From positions 7,248,049 through 7,312,048 of the forward strand of contig MU056303.1 in NCBI GenBank assembly GCA_013239625.1: a DNA stretch of 64,000 nt, read 5' to 3'. This DNA is from Lama guanicoe. Lineage: Eukaryota. Numbering within the stretch: the first letter of the stretch is position 1; every line of letters begins with the position of its first letter. The position numbers and the translations under genes were made by a program. Positions 22,341 to 35,794 of this stretch are shown here, in pieces. Under the pieces are notes generated by a model that was not told where the DNA came from, made no database searches, and was given only the letters and a program-made list of their open reading frames with translations.

Positions 22341-23599
22341 CAGTGATTCAAAATCTTGACTGTGCAGCAGAATCTCCTTTGGAATCTGCTTTAAAAACTG
22401 TCGTTTGTTTCCTTACGAAATTTATCCACAGGTTTTCCATACTCACGCTAGGAGTGGGAGTTGAGGACAGCCCACGAAGTGGAGTGGAGGGAAAATGCAC
22501 TGAGGTGGAGGAAGTAAAGACATTTCGGTTTGCAGAGCATTTACAAAAAAATGATGCAGACTGCAAAAAAAGGTGTATCTTTCACGAAGTGGGAACCAAA
22601 TTATTTTTGATGTGATTGGTAGCCCTTGTTCCCTCTTCCCAAGTTTCCAACCTCAGTTCACTTAAGCCAACTTCAAATTTGCATTTGTCTTAAGAATTGA
22701 TCAGCGGCTTCACCAGCCATTAGCACTTAATCAGAACCCTTGGAAACAGCTCAAGTGCTCTTTGTAAGTTATTTTCTAGGACTTGCCATTGTCCACTCAC
22801 TTCTGATCAAGCCCTTTCTGCCATTTCAGCTGGAGAAATGAGGCCTTTGGCAAAACTGTTTTCCCCTTGATTTGAATGTATAAACTGGCTGATTTCATGG
22901 TCTTTATGTTTGTGTTTCTACCCTTCTAAGAAAGAAATAACAGTACATGAATTAGAGGACATGGGTGTCTTTAAATTGTCCTCCCCACTCCAAAGATTTC
23001 ACTAAATTTTATAATTTACCTAGAAAAGTGGTTAAGACTTCGAACTCCCTACCCCTCACGGAGCTGAGGCGCAATAAATCATCCCAGAGCTAAAACACAC
23101 ACACGTTGAAAGGTCAGAAATGAAACTTGCTAACTGATTAATCATTTGTGATCTGGAACCCTAGCTCATCTACACCCAGAACTTATAGCTTTTCCCCTGC
23201 ATTCTGATTCGTTATCTTGTCCATTTACCAAGAGACATAAAGAGGACACTCAGAAAAACACACACATACTTGTTTTCCTACCAAATAGAAAGTAGTATGT
23301 ACAAGATGTTCATAATGCCTATACCTAATTCAGCCATTCTCAATCCTGATTTTTAGACTGAACTGGAATTTATTGACAGCAATTATGGAATTAAAAGGTC
23401 CCAAGAGATCATTCAGTCCAATCCGACACAGCTAACAGCTCGAAAGCATGGCCTAGGCTGAAAGGTGGCAGAGCCTGGTTGGGGTTTCAGCCTGGCTGAC
23501 ATCAAGCTGAACTAGGGAGGAACTCCAGGAGCAATGGAAAGGCTCCAAGAAATCTCAGCTTTAGTTCCTGTCTCCTTTCAGATCAGATGTTGATGGAAA

Positions 23600-25200
23600 A
23601 CAGTTTCATCTTACTTTAGCATCTACCACCGTCCTCCTCTTCAAAGACCTGGTCTTCATGGAGAAAACAGCCCATCAGCTGTGGATTTCCTCAATCTACT
23701 GCCCCTTCGCTCCCCCTAGATCTCTCTTCACCTCTCTCACCTCCTTTTTCCTATCACACATGTTTGGGCTTTGTGAATTCTGAATGGTTCCAACAGTGCT
23801 TCTTCCCCTTTCCAAGGTTCACCTCCCCTCTGAGTCCTTAATATATCCCCCCTACTCCCTCCAGGGCCTTATTCCATTATTTATCTGCTCCCTCGCGCCT
23901 TCCCTTTGTGCTTTCCCTTAGCCAGCAAATTCACTCCTCTGGTCTCTATATCCCAACCCTAAGCAAACAACCCTACCGCCCCCGTCTCCTCTTGGAAACA
24001 TTCCCTCTTGTTCTGTTCATCTCCAAGTTTACTGAGAAAAGCCAACACTTTCTTCATTGCTATTCATTCACTGACCCAATACAATCTGACCTTGGACCCC
24101 AAGAGAAAATGCTCTTGCAAAGATCAGCAGTGATTCAAATGCCAAGGCAAAAGCTTCTCTTCAGTTCACGCTCTTTGACCACCACATCGGACAGGATGTA
24201 GGTCACCACCTCCTCTCTGGGGGGAGGGCCTCCTACCACACTACTTACATCACTCACCTTTTTAAGCTGCTCTTCTGCCTGGTCTTCATATGCTGGACTT
24301 CCCTGCTCATTTGGCTGACCCCTCTCATCTGTCCCCATGGTGCAATCTTCAAATGTGACAGAATATACATGCGTGTGCGTGTGCGTGTTTCATTTCCACT
24401 CCGGACCTTTCTCCTGAGTTTGAGCTCTTTGTCTGCCAGTTACATCCAAACCAGGTAAAATGTATTGAAATCCGCAATCACCTTTCTCTCCCCTACCTCT
24501 TCATTCCTCCTCCGCTCTTCACTTTCTCAGGCGTTAATAAACGTTCAGGCCAAAAAACAAAACAAAACAAAAAACCCCAGAGAGATCCCGCCTGCCTTCT
24601 TCCTCACTCAATCCACCTTGGCCCGTTGACTGAGCTCCAATCTCCCAAACCCACCCCGGCAGGGCCCTTATTCCTTCGAGAACTTACTGATATTTGGTCT
24701 CCGGTCCTCTTTTCTTCACCCTTTCACATCCATCTAAAACTTAGTTCTTCAATCATTTCCCTGCTTTAAATAAAGTCTACATAGGTAGCTCACTGACTAT
24801 ACAGGTAAGTTCAACACCCACCAAAGGGCAGAGACTTTTCAGTTTGATTCGGCACTGACCGACATTCCAGTCCTTTCTCCACCCACCATGTTTCCCAGCC
24901 ACACTGAACTTCATGTTGTTTCTGGAATGTATTTTCACGTGTCGGTTCCTGCCATTCCCATCACAGGGAGGCTCTAAATTCCCTTTTGCAACTGCTGAAC
25001 ACTGACTCAACTTTCAGCAGATCCCCTCCTCCTGACGCGCTCTGGCAGAACAAAGGCTCTGAACGTCACGGCCCCGTCGGACTGCTCACACGCTTCTCTG
25101 ACGGATGACGCCGTGTCGTGGCTGTCTCCCCGAGACTCGGCAGGGCAGGAACACCATTCGCTCCCACGCCCTTGGTACCCTGGCAGGTCCTCTAAACTCC
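23600..25200 (+). mobile_element. Fragmented L2
   Basis: Pyrimidine-rich L2 motifs (CCAATACAATCTGACCTT, CCGGACCTTTCTCCTGAG, CAGCCACACTGAACTTC, TGTCTCCCC...AGGGCAGGAAC). Confidence 0.55.
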
Positions 25201-25239
25201 CAGGCAGCCCAAGGGACAAAGAAATCATATACTGACAGA

Positions 25240-27955
25240 AGGAGTTTTGTGAGAGCTTTAATGGCACAAAATGTTTGTAGCTACAAGTTATACATGTGTT
25301 GTAAACTGTATACAGTGATACAAAGTGCTAACTAAACAGATGAAGAATGAGACGCGTAATCACTTTGGCTCAGTTAATTCCGATCGTTTCAACAACTGGT
25401 TCATTTAAAAACTCATCTGACTGGCTAAGTCTTCAATTTTCATTCTTGAGAATAGTAAATATTTTTACTGCAATCAAAGTAACTCACTGCACTTCTCAAT
25501 GTGCAAGTTTGCACAGTTTTGCTCTTGATTATATTTACAAATATTTTAAGCCAGTTTTCATCAAACATAAGAAAAATGAAGCCTGCCTTTTCGTCCCCAA
25601 ATTGTAAACAGGTGTAAAGCTTTTTCAACATTAATCTTACAACTGTCAACTGTTAATTGTCGAATTCTCCTTTCCCATCTCACAGTCTGTTTCCACTCAG
25701 CACCAATCTGGGTGGGAGCATAAGCATTCATCCCGCATGTTAGGGTCATCAATAAATACTGCATGATTTCATCTTAATATGATTCAGTTCTACTGTGATC
25801 ACGTATTCATGTTTTAAGTAACAGTTCAGGATTTCACAGCTATTAAAAGGGGCAGAGCTACATTTATTTTCAATGTTGAAGAGAATCGTAAATATACCTA
25901 AATTCAAATCACACTCCTGACAGGATTACTACTGAGTTTCAAAAGAGAGCAATGGGTTGCCTATAAAAAGTTGCTTTGCCTTTAAGTATAATTTTACTTT
26001 TCTCTCCCAAGGTACCAATTGTAACAGAAACTAAACATTTTAACAGTTCAGCTATTTAGGTCTCTTTACCGGCCTTTCCAATTTTATTCAGGCTTTTTCA
26101 AAATCAGTGGGCCGTCAGATTTGCTTTCTTCTCTAAGAAATTCAAAAATGAAGCCTTGAAATAAACAGGTCATAGAAGGCAAATCAAGTGTTACCAGGCT
26201 TGTGAGTAAGACAGAAACAAGGTAGAATAAAAAGATGTCCAAAATTATTTAGACATCAAAACCTAGAAAGAAAAACAAAGCAAAAGAATTCAGAAAACTA
26301 CCTGGATATATCATCTTTCTTAAAGACAGCCAGCTATAATCTTGAATAAAGGTACCCAGAACTTAGTTTTTTTGTTTAATCTGCATGTTATTTCCCACTA
26401 TGGCACATCAATTTTTACAAAACTTGATGTGAGAGAGAGGAGAGTCGCGGCAGCCTGGCAAACCTGGTTGTCATAGTGCTTCTACGTCAACCTGGTGCAC
26501 TTCATTTACTGAATAGATTGCTAGTTTTAAAATTCCTGATGGTTCTCTAAATATTCAATAGTAATTATTTGCGTATAAAACATACCACAGTATCCGTCAG
26601 AGTCATGCTGGGGGTTCTGAAATCCAGTAAACCTACTTGAAATAATCGCTAGTCCTGACGCTTTCTAACAATTTGGTCCTAAAGCTTCACATGTTAGAAA
26701 CGAACAAAGAAAGTGTATCAGTAGAGGAAGCTGCTGAGTGTTCTGGAACTTTAGTAGGAGTTTCACGCAACTGAAAAGAAGGCTACAGGAGGAAGCGGCC
26801 AGGGCCCGCAGAATCACAGGAGCCCCCTCGGGGAGGTGGCACAGTGAACACCAGAAAGGGAGGGTGCGGAAGGAAACACATGGCATCTCTTCAGAACTCT
26901 GTCAGCTGTTCCCACAACCCAAGTCTGCTTTGCAAAGTCGCCCAAGGCTTGGAATAACTCTGAAACAGTCATCTTCAGAGCTGAAAGGCTTCAGAGTATA
27001 AGTGATGCTTCTTAAAACAAGAAGCCTGTATTTACACCACAAATTGGAACTCATTCCAGAGCCTCTTAGGAAAAAAATTTAAAAAAGGAAAGAAAAAATT
27101 TAAAGAAAGTCATGACAAATTCACATGCAGCTAATAAACATAAAAAATATCAAACACACAAAAATCCCCAAAAGCGATTTCATAGATTTCTGGGCCTGAG
27201 ACGTTCCCTACCAGAGAGAGAGATTCTACACCATAGAAGAGAGAGCGCTGTAACACACTGGTATTAACGTCTGCTGGCGCATCTTAGTTCTTCCATTTCA
27301 TCCCTATCATTTAAACAGCCTGCCTCCTACAATTAAAAGGCGCCATTAAGAGGCTTACACAAAAAGTGGTTCCAAAACTGGTTTAAAATAATTTTTTATT
27401 GCCCAGGATATTTTTTTTCTTGGGTCTTGTTTTTTTCCATTTGTTTTTGTTTCCTTTTGTTTTGAGTTAACTATAAATTCAAGCTTAGGGAAGCCTGCCT
27501 TTGTCTTGAGGAACAAAACAGCACAGCTTTTATATCATTTGCTAACCTGATCTGGTTTTGAGAGAGAGACGGGAGGTATCCTGCAAGAGTTAAATTTATC
27601 CCATGAATGATGCAGGTATAGGTCTGTGGTCTGTAGGTACTAAAAGAAGACAACAGCTTTGTTGACAAAATTATAATCTGCTGGTGGCATTTGCGGAAAA
27701 GAAGCCCTTGCAATTTCTAAACAACAGTAAACTCTGTTAGGAAATTCTAAAGTGTTTTACAGGCCAAAAAGGGAATGAGGTTAGTAAAATGCCTCAAAAG
27801 AGTTTGAATACTGGATTTGAGAGTTACTGGAACTTGGATATGTAAAAATAGGGCGGTAGGTTGGTTCATGCTTACAATGGTCTCAAGTTCAAATAAACTA
27901 CTGTGACAATACACCACTTTACGAGTCACACGCCTTCCCAGGGCTCTTCTCTCCC
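25240..27955 (-). other. BNIP3L: BNIP3L 3'UTR (~2.7 kb; distal end approximate)
   Basis: Repeat-free AT-rich sequence after the stop. Ends at an ATTAAA (25262-25257) preceded by several UGUA motifs and followed by a U-rich tract; L2 relic sequence begins just beyond. Confidence 0.75.
25257..25262 (-). terminator. BNIP3L: Probable distal BNIP3L polyadenylation signal ATTAAA
   Basis: TTTAAT on + strand, with upstream UGUA elements and downstream U/GU-rich sequence on the minus strand. Confidence 0.6.
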
Positions 27956-28004
27956 TCAGTAGGTGCTGGCAGAAGGTGTGCTCAGTCGTTTTCCAATGTA
28001 GATG
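27956..28004 (-). CDS. BNIP3L: BNIP3L coding exon 6 (IYIGKRLSTPSASTY-stop)
   Basis: Acceptor TTTCAG|, TGA at 27958-27956. Exon lengths sum to 663 nt = 220 aa + stop. Confidence 0.98.
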
Positions 28005-30045
28005 CTGAAAGGAAACAGAGTGTACCATGTGTCATCTGTCTCAACAACTCCACCCCAGCTCATCCACTGGCTGAACTGTACTTAAGAACCAAAATTTTCA
28101 GCCCTTGTAAAAGGCTCAAATGGTCTATGTGCACAGTTCCCTGGCACCCTGAAATCATCACTGACTTTCTTAAAACTAGTCATCAGCCAGCTAAACTGGT
28201 TTTGTGTGATTTTGTTTACTCACTGGGCAGGACTGGATAGCACAGGGGCAGTGATCAGACAAAGCGAAGCCAGAGAGACCAGATCCTTCCAAAGAGTAAA
28301 GCGGAGCCAGCGTCCTCTGAGATGTTCCGTTGTGATGCACAAAAAATTCTACTGGTATTTCAGGCACAAAATACAGTAACACACCCAACTGTAAAGTGCT
28401 CTAAAGGGCTCTTCCTTCTCTGAAGGATGAAGGGCCTAGCATTACTTCTCCATGCCAAGTAAGTGTTCTCCCCTTAAATAGCGCAAGCAGAGGGAATTTA
28501 GGGAAGATCCGGAATCAGCCCCAAGCCCCGGGGTAATAAAACCAATGGTACTTTTTTACGTTCATCTACAGCAACAGTTACACTTACACCAGCAAGAGAA
28601 ACAGTCCAAAGATGTAGCACAGGAAGGGATACCCCAGGGTACAAAAGCTGACTGCTGTCCTGAGGGTGAATGGACTGCTGTGCAGTCAGGATGGCAGGGC
28701 AATCTGGGAGCCGAGCCTGGCCTCCACACCAGCCCCACACAACCCACTCCACACACTCCCTTCCTCCACCACAGCCTTCCGTTCTGCTGGGGGCCACTGC
28801 TGCGCTCACCGTCACAAAGGCGTATCAAGCACCCACAGGGACAAAAGGGGTGTGTGGACAAGCCACATATGGGAACTTCCAAGTTCATGACTGTGAACAT
28901 CTCTCCCATATGCTGAGCTCCTTCAAAGGAAGATAAAGGATGCTGTGTACCTTTTGCGTATTATATATAGAAAACCACCCACTGGGCATGCCTAAAGAGG
29001 ACAGTAAGTATGTCTTGAAAAAAATGAACAGCAAATGTTTAACTCCTAAAATATTTCAAAACTATTTTCTCAACTATTCAAATCAAGGGAAAAAAAAAGA
29101 ATTTAAAGGACATGCCTGAAAAAATGAATTACAGGTAAATGTGGGTTCAATTTTAAAAGAATTTTTAAAAAATGCTACAAAGAGAAAAAAAAACAGTACC
29201 CTCACCAACTTTCCAGTTTCACTCAAGGGCCATTCAATACAATGGTGTACCTTCTCATTTGGGAAAAAGAAATGTTCACATCAACCTCAAGTTACACAAT
29301 AAAGGTTAGTTTACTTTTCAATTTAGCTAATCGAGTAATTTATAAACAATAACAAAACCTAAAAAAAGAAAAATCAAATTTAGAAGAAAGAGTCCACCTA
29401 AAAAATGATCATTTAGGGCATTAACATGAACAACTTCTTTCCAAATAAGAAAAAAAAAATCTACTATTAAAACTGCTTATTCAGACAGGTATCCCCCACT
29501 TTTCAAAAGCTCACTTTATGTCACCTCACTCTACGGGTCAGACCTACATTCTCATCTGTTTTCGCTAACTGAAAGACATTCGAAGAGGATTTCCACTTTT
29601 GTGAAAAAAGGCGAAAAGCGAAAGCAGCGCTCAGCGCTGGCTCTGCGGCGAGCTGCCCCGGCGCCGGCCCCGCCGAGCGCCTTCTCGGGAAGCGTGCGCA
29701 GCGCCCGGCTGCCCGGCTCTGAGCCCCGCCTGTGAGCACCTGCGCTTTCTCTCGGGGGGTCCTGCGCCTCCCTTAGCAACACGTGTCCTAAGGTGACTGC
29801 CTCTTCCCTTTACATCATCTCGGCTTACGGAAGGTTTAATAGAGATGCTCTATTTTCGGATAGCGGGGGAACCTGTATACCAATAGCTACCAACTTTAGT
29901 AATTCTTTTAAGTTCACCTCATTTGCACTAAAACATTAAAAGAAAAATCATACGAACTGCTTTCACATACACTTCTTACATCTGGAAATAAAATATGTGA
30001 ATAAAATAAATGGAAGACATTCCGGGTGAGCTGACCAGTACTTAC

Positions 30046-30195
30046 CCCAGCCCCAAAGCCAAAACGTGAGAGAGGAAGAGGGATGGAATGAACACCTTAA
30101 GAAACTCTGCAGAGAAAATACCCCCTTTCTTCATGGCTCCGCTCTTCCTCATGCTTAAAGACACAGAACGTTTCGGGTGCCTGAAGTGGAACTCC
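30046..30195 (-). CDS. BNIP3L: BNIP3L coding exon 5 ([50 protein letters not shown]), transmembrane/dimerisation segment
   Basis: Manual translation. Acceptor CCCCAG|, donor GG|GTAAGT. 150 nt, preceded by a short 117-nt intron 4. Confidence 0.98.
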
Positions 30196-30312
30196 CTGGG
30201 GAAAGAAGTTCGGAGGCAGGTGTCAGGAACGCACTTGCTGGAAGCACCTCAGGAACGAGCAGGGCCGCATACACCCACCGGGCCCGCTGAGAAGAGACCT
30301 GTGCCGACTTAC

Positions 30313-30416
30313 TTGGGCGGGACGTTTTCAGGTCTGCTGGACCAGTCAGACACCCAGTCTACACTTTTCTTCAAAGCATCTACCTCTTTCTCTCCTTCTG
30401 CGACTTCTTCTTCTGA
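30313..30416 (-). CDS. BNIP3L: BNIP3L coding exon 4 ([35 protein letters not shown]), BH3-like region
   Basis: Manual translation. Acceptor TTTACAG|, donor AA|GTAAGT. 104 nt. Confidence 0.98.
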
Positions 30417-33400
30417 CTGTAAAGAAGAATTCACACTTTAAAAAAGGAAAAAAGACCGATTCTTTCTACTACAGAAGCTAAGTCTAGACAAACTATACAG
30501 AAGTCATAAGCTTGTGCGTAATAATTGTTAAGTACGAAACATGCTGCTTTTCTAGAAAGGCCAACCAAATGATCTAAGATCTGAGTACTTGGTATCTGGG
30601 GAAATAACGCTGAGTTTCATGGCTGTTGTATCTAAACACAGACTATGAGCCTGAAACTTGAATTATACCTCAATTAAAGAATATGAATATGAAGAAAGTG
30701 TATTCTGGGATATAATGTTAATTAAAGTGTGTTAAAACACTGACAGCTGTTGAACCTGGGCGATGCTTATATGGAGTTCTGTTGTAATATTCTCTTTATT
30801 TTTGTAAGTATTCAAAATTTTTCATAATTAAAAGTAAAAGGAAACATCAAAAAGTACATGCTAATAAATACACAGTGATGAGAAAATAAACAACTGCGAG
30901 ATCTGACGAGGAAATATATAATGACAATATTTATTAAGCATTTATCAAGGGACAAGCAACAGTCCAAGCACTTGACATGCATTAACCTTTACCTTACAAC
31001 AACCCTATAAAAACAGGAACTATTACTACTGCACGTTACATATGAAGTGAGTAGCAGAGCAAGTATTTAAAATCCAGGCAAACTGTCTCCAGAGCTCCTG
31101 CTCTTAAGCATAAGGTTTTACTCCCTGGAAAGAGATTGTATTTTTTAGACAAACTGCTATATCCAAACATTTTCCAAGGCTCATTCAAAACTACTGAAGC
31201 CAAAAGTTTTTAAAGAGTAATTTATTTAAAACTGAGTAAGAATCTAACATCTTTCATACTAAATAAATGAAAAAGAAACCCTTTTTCTTGCTAATGATAA
31301 CCTCAAGTTTCAGGGTAAGAACAAACAAAATTTCCAATGGCTTCTCTTTCAATAGAACCCACAGGAATGAGACATTCCTGAAAATAACACAGTATTACTT
31401 ACTCAGTTTTTAAGGAATACGATGCTATGACCCCAAACCAAAGGGTCTCAAAGCTACAAATTATTCTGATTTTTTATTTTGTTTGAATAGAATTCACTCT
31501 TGGACCCACACTTTCATTATTCTCGGCAGATAGTTGTGAAATTCGGAGGGGGACAGAGCCACGTGATCCCTCTCTGCCAAGTCTAGTTCTCTATGAGAGC
31601 CCCCCACCACAGGAAGGTAGCCTCAGAGAGTCTCTAGACACAGACAGTCCCTATGCTATCAAACTGAAAGTAAAATCCCTGTGGATTTTTGCAACTCTGG
31701 TGCTATCATTCTCATTTAGTTCTGCTGGACTTGCCAAATTCCACTGAATGACACAATGTAGCCTTTAGGATTAAGTCCGTTCCACTTGTTTGAGATTTGA
31801 GATTACTCAAAATCCTGACTGGCTCTCTGGGGTAAATCTGAAAACATCCTAAATCAAAAACAGTAAACTGTTACAATTTACTTATAGATCAGGAGGTATC
31901 ACACAATAGCTCACGACAATCAACACACTGCAGGCCACTTCTGTTTCGTTTCCAACTTTGGTCTCAAATGTCTCTCTCTAAAACTGCTCAAAGATTTAGG
32001 CTTAAATTTGTGAACAAGGTAATACTTCATAGTTTCTAAGAGAAGGAAAATATAAGATTTGATGCTAATTTTTTAAAGATGATGATCTTTGGACTATTAT
32101 TAAAAAAAAAAATTCCCAGATCAGTTTAGAACCCTTACCTTAAGAATAAGGATTGTAAGCTCTCCTCATTCACTACTGCCCTGTCTTCTCCTTTTATTAA
32201 TCTTAAATTTGCCAGTTTTAGGTTTTAAACTGCCCTCTGATTCTTGGAATTCCAGAATACAGTAAAAAATGCAGTTAATCGAATTAAGTAATATTCATGC
32301 CTTTAACCAGATCAACAACCCTCTTGCCACATCTCTGTCTGTTCTGATCATTTTAGCCTGTTCTTGCAAGGAAGTCCTTTACCTTCTAATCACGTTTTCC
32401 TTCTCTGGCCCACCTCAAGCTCTTAAGGCCTCTAAATGTGGGTATTAAATGATATACTGTGTCACAGATAAACCGCAGTTTTACAAGAGGGAAAAGGAAG
32501 ATATTTTCAATTTGTTTCATCTTTTAATTGATACCGAGTCCTGTGCTGGCCTCTATGGTCCCAGAAACACACTGCAAAGATGCCTGTGAGAGACAGTCTC
32601 CAGTCTATTTTCTGCCACTGAACTGAGAGTCTTAAGGACTATCATCCCCAAAGTATGGTTTTAACAATCTTTTCCTAAACGTATTACATCCTAGGCTTCC
32701 TCATACCACGACTCACCAGACATGCTTCAGTCCACTCTCACGAGCCTGTGAGCGCTCCTGAAGTCAATCTCATTCACTGACTTATTTAAGTAGAAGGAAC
32801 GGGGGCCACAGGCTCGGACAGCCCTGGTTTCAATCCTGGTCTATCACTAATTTGCTTTGTGATCTTAGATAAGTGACTTAATTAAGATAAAGCTTCACTT
32901 TTCCCATTTGCTCATGGGGATAATACTCCCTCTCTCACTGGACTGAAAGCATACTAAAGTGGGAAAAATTTTTTAAAAATAAATTTAGCACCTAGAATAT
33001 AGATATTAGTGCCTTTCCTTCCTCCTCCTGGAAAAGGCTAAAAATGTCATATATTCCTTGTGTAGATATATATAAAAATATTCAATAAGAGCAAGTAGCA
33101 TAGTGGCCAACTGTTTTTAACTATTTCCTAACCCTAAGCTTGCTTTTCATTTATGAGGGAAAAAAATCCATCCCCCCAAGCTCTAATTAATTTTAAATTA
33201 TCATTTCTTCAATTAAAAACAGGCAACGTAAAAAAGGCTTTTTGAAAGTTTAAGTAATGATACTGATTGACTTCGCCCTTATTAAAAGTTTAACTCTAAA
33301 ACACAAAATGTTTTTCTTTTAGGAGTTAAACTGCTTTTCTAAAACCAGAACCTGGTTTAAAGGGACTGATGTGACTGTTAGTATCGTTTACCCAATGCTT

Positions 33401-33710
33401 GGTGATGCCCAGTGCTCCTCTAAGCACCTGCTTCTGAGTAAGGATCACACTAGCAATCCGACCACAATCTGACACAGAGGCCAAACGCTTCCATTTTCTC
33501 GCCTGAATTTCATCAATTCCTTTGGAATTCTAGGATGGATGCAGTCAGCTCTAGAATTCCACTTAATATTCAATTCTCGGGTGAGCCTAAGTGTGAACCT
33601 GCCACCCCATGAGCCAGGACAGCTCTTATCGGTAGTTATCAGGTAGATTATTATGGGGGAAGTATGTGTGGAGAGGGAGGGAGGTCTAAGGTCAATAAGT
33701 CTGGGAACCA

Positions 33711-33871
33711 CAGTCGGCCCTCAGTACCCGTGGGGTGCACATCCATGAGTAAGGAAGGCTGACGGTACCTCACCACTTTAGATGAGGGACTTGAGCATCT
33801 GTGGACTGTGGTACTGTTGTGGGGGTGGGGGGAGCTGGAACCAGTGCGCTGAGGATAACGAGGAACGACTG
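33711..33871. mobile_element. Internally deleted MER2-like TcMar-Tigger MITE
   Basis: Imperfect TIRs CAGTCGGCCCTCAGTACCC / GGATAACGAGGAACGACTG followed by TA; internal AGGGACTTGAGCATC. Confidence 0.75.
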
Positions 33872-35279
33872 TACTTGGTTTAAGTAAGCAAATTTCTTTA
33901 CTGCGCGAGCTGTCAGAGCCTTTAGTGCGCCACTGTGCACCGTGACCACTGGAGCAGGAGGGCGAGGGAGCCCGGGGCTGCATTATTTCCCGCTTATCTG
34001 ACTTCGGAACTATCTCAAGGGGCTTCCCTTTGAATGAGTGCTCCTCAAAACATATTTTGGAAAACGCTACTCTAGATTTTCAACTCATCTGTACAAAAGG
34101 CCACATGGATGGAGACATCTTCCTGAGGAAAAGCCTACAGCAAGGAATTCATCTCATGCCTCTACCCTGGGACTCCTGAGCGTACTTTTCCCCACGGAAA
34201 CTTTATCTACGTTTCTCTTTATGAGCGACAGCTGACCGCACACAGCAAAACTGACACACGTAAGCAAGCAATAATTCCACAACTCCATTCAGACGACTTT
34301 CCACACGGAAGCCTCGCAAGCTTCTCCACGTATCCAGCTCGTTAGACAATAAATGAGTATTCAGGCCCAGAGATTTTCTAGGTTTCAGAAAACAGCACAA
34401 GTAAAGCACAAAGTAGGGAGAAAGTGTGCAGCCTCGGAACAGAAAGAACACAGGTGAATCCAAGATAACATGCAAAATATTTCCAGTGCAAAGGGACTGA
34501 GGACACTGCATGGTGAGAGCCCCGCAAAGCAAAGTTTTTGTTAGCATTTGCTGAAACATTCAAATACGTATATTCTTCAAGTACCTTAACACAGGAGAAA
34601 AGGACAGTGGTTCCTGTCCTCAAGAATTTGGTCTCTGACACTTGTAGGTGATCTGACACACTGATAAAGTCAAGGGTTGGCTATGAACATTCTAAATTGT
34701 TGACAATGATTATTTACCGTGTCAGTTTTATACTGAAGACCTTTGTAAACTTTCCCTACCACATGCATCTATATTTCTAACAATGTCGACTCCTAGTGAA
34801 CTACACCTTCTTTACCTTCAGGAACTGCACATAATTTAGACGAATCTTTCTCTAGCTGTTGAAAGTCTTCTCAAAAGTCACCGCGCTCTGATTTCAGACG
34901 CAAAAAAGTTTTCACACCTGGTTCTATGACAACCTCCCTTTTCATTTATTCTGTACTTTAAATAAGACATCTGTCTCAGTTTTCTGTTTATAAACTCAAA
35001 AAACTAGCTTAGAATATTGGAATGACACATTACAGACAAGAATTTTCCAATTCTTTTAGGGCCACAGGACCCAAAATTCTTAGTTGTAAGGGAGTACAAT
35101 GATGACTCTACCATCATAAGTAAGTTCCAACATCAGAAACTAAGTAACTATAAACAGTTTCAAACTATTTTTTAAACCCTTCATATTCTTTCCTGTATTT
35201 TAGCAAAACAGAATTAAAGATTTGCATTTTCCTAACTATCTATGGTAAACCAGAAAAATAAATTCACACACACACACAC

Positions 35280-35352
35280 CTGAGAGCTGTGGTCCCTGCT
35301 GGTGCGCATCTCCACATCAAACATGATCTGCCCATCTTCCTGTGGGGAAGGG
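35280..35352 (-). CDS. BNIP3L: BNIP3L coding exon 3 ([25 protein letters not shown])
   Basis: Manual translation of the reverse complement. Acceptor TTCCCAG|, donor CAG|GTGTGT. 73 nt. Confidence 0.97.
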
Positions 35353-35794
35353 CTGGGAAGAGAAGGACATTCAGCTGTTAGTTTTAATTCTCATTTTGTC
35401 AAAGAAATGAGCCTCCATTGGAAATTAGAAAATTAAAAGTTACAGTAGTATGGCTTTAAAAAAGCATCAGATCAGAAAATATACCATAACGCCATGTAAG
35501 AAAAATGAAATTGATTACGCTTACTCCCCAAACATTCTTGAATTTTTCAGTGGTGATAAATTCCTTTGTAATGATAAATTTGCAAAGGAAATACTACCTA
35601 AAGGCACAAGACTGTCACATTTTCTTATTTTTACTCCTTTTCCAATAAAGGTAAATGATCTTCAAGTTCAGAAACTCTAGTTTGGAGTTCCTTTTTCTCA
35701 AAGATCTTTCATCATTCATAATTCGCCCCCAGCAATTCTCATAGTCATTTTCTGATGTGTGTACTGGAATTTTCCAAAGGCTTATATTATGTGT

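Noticed and set aside
1-25000. PNMA2 or DPYSL2 exons expected from synteny
   Set aside because: No matching peptide in any frame; these genes presumably lie left of the window.
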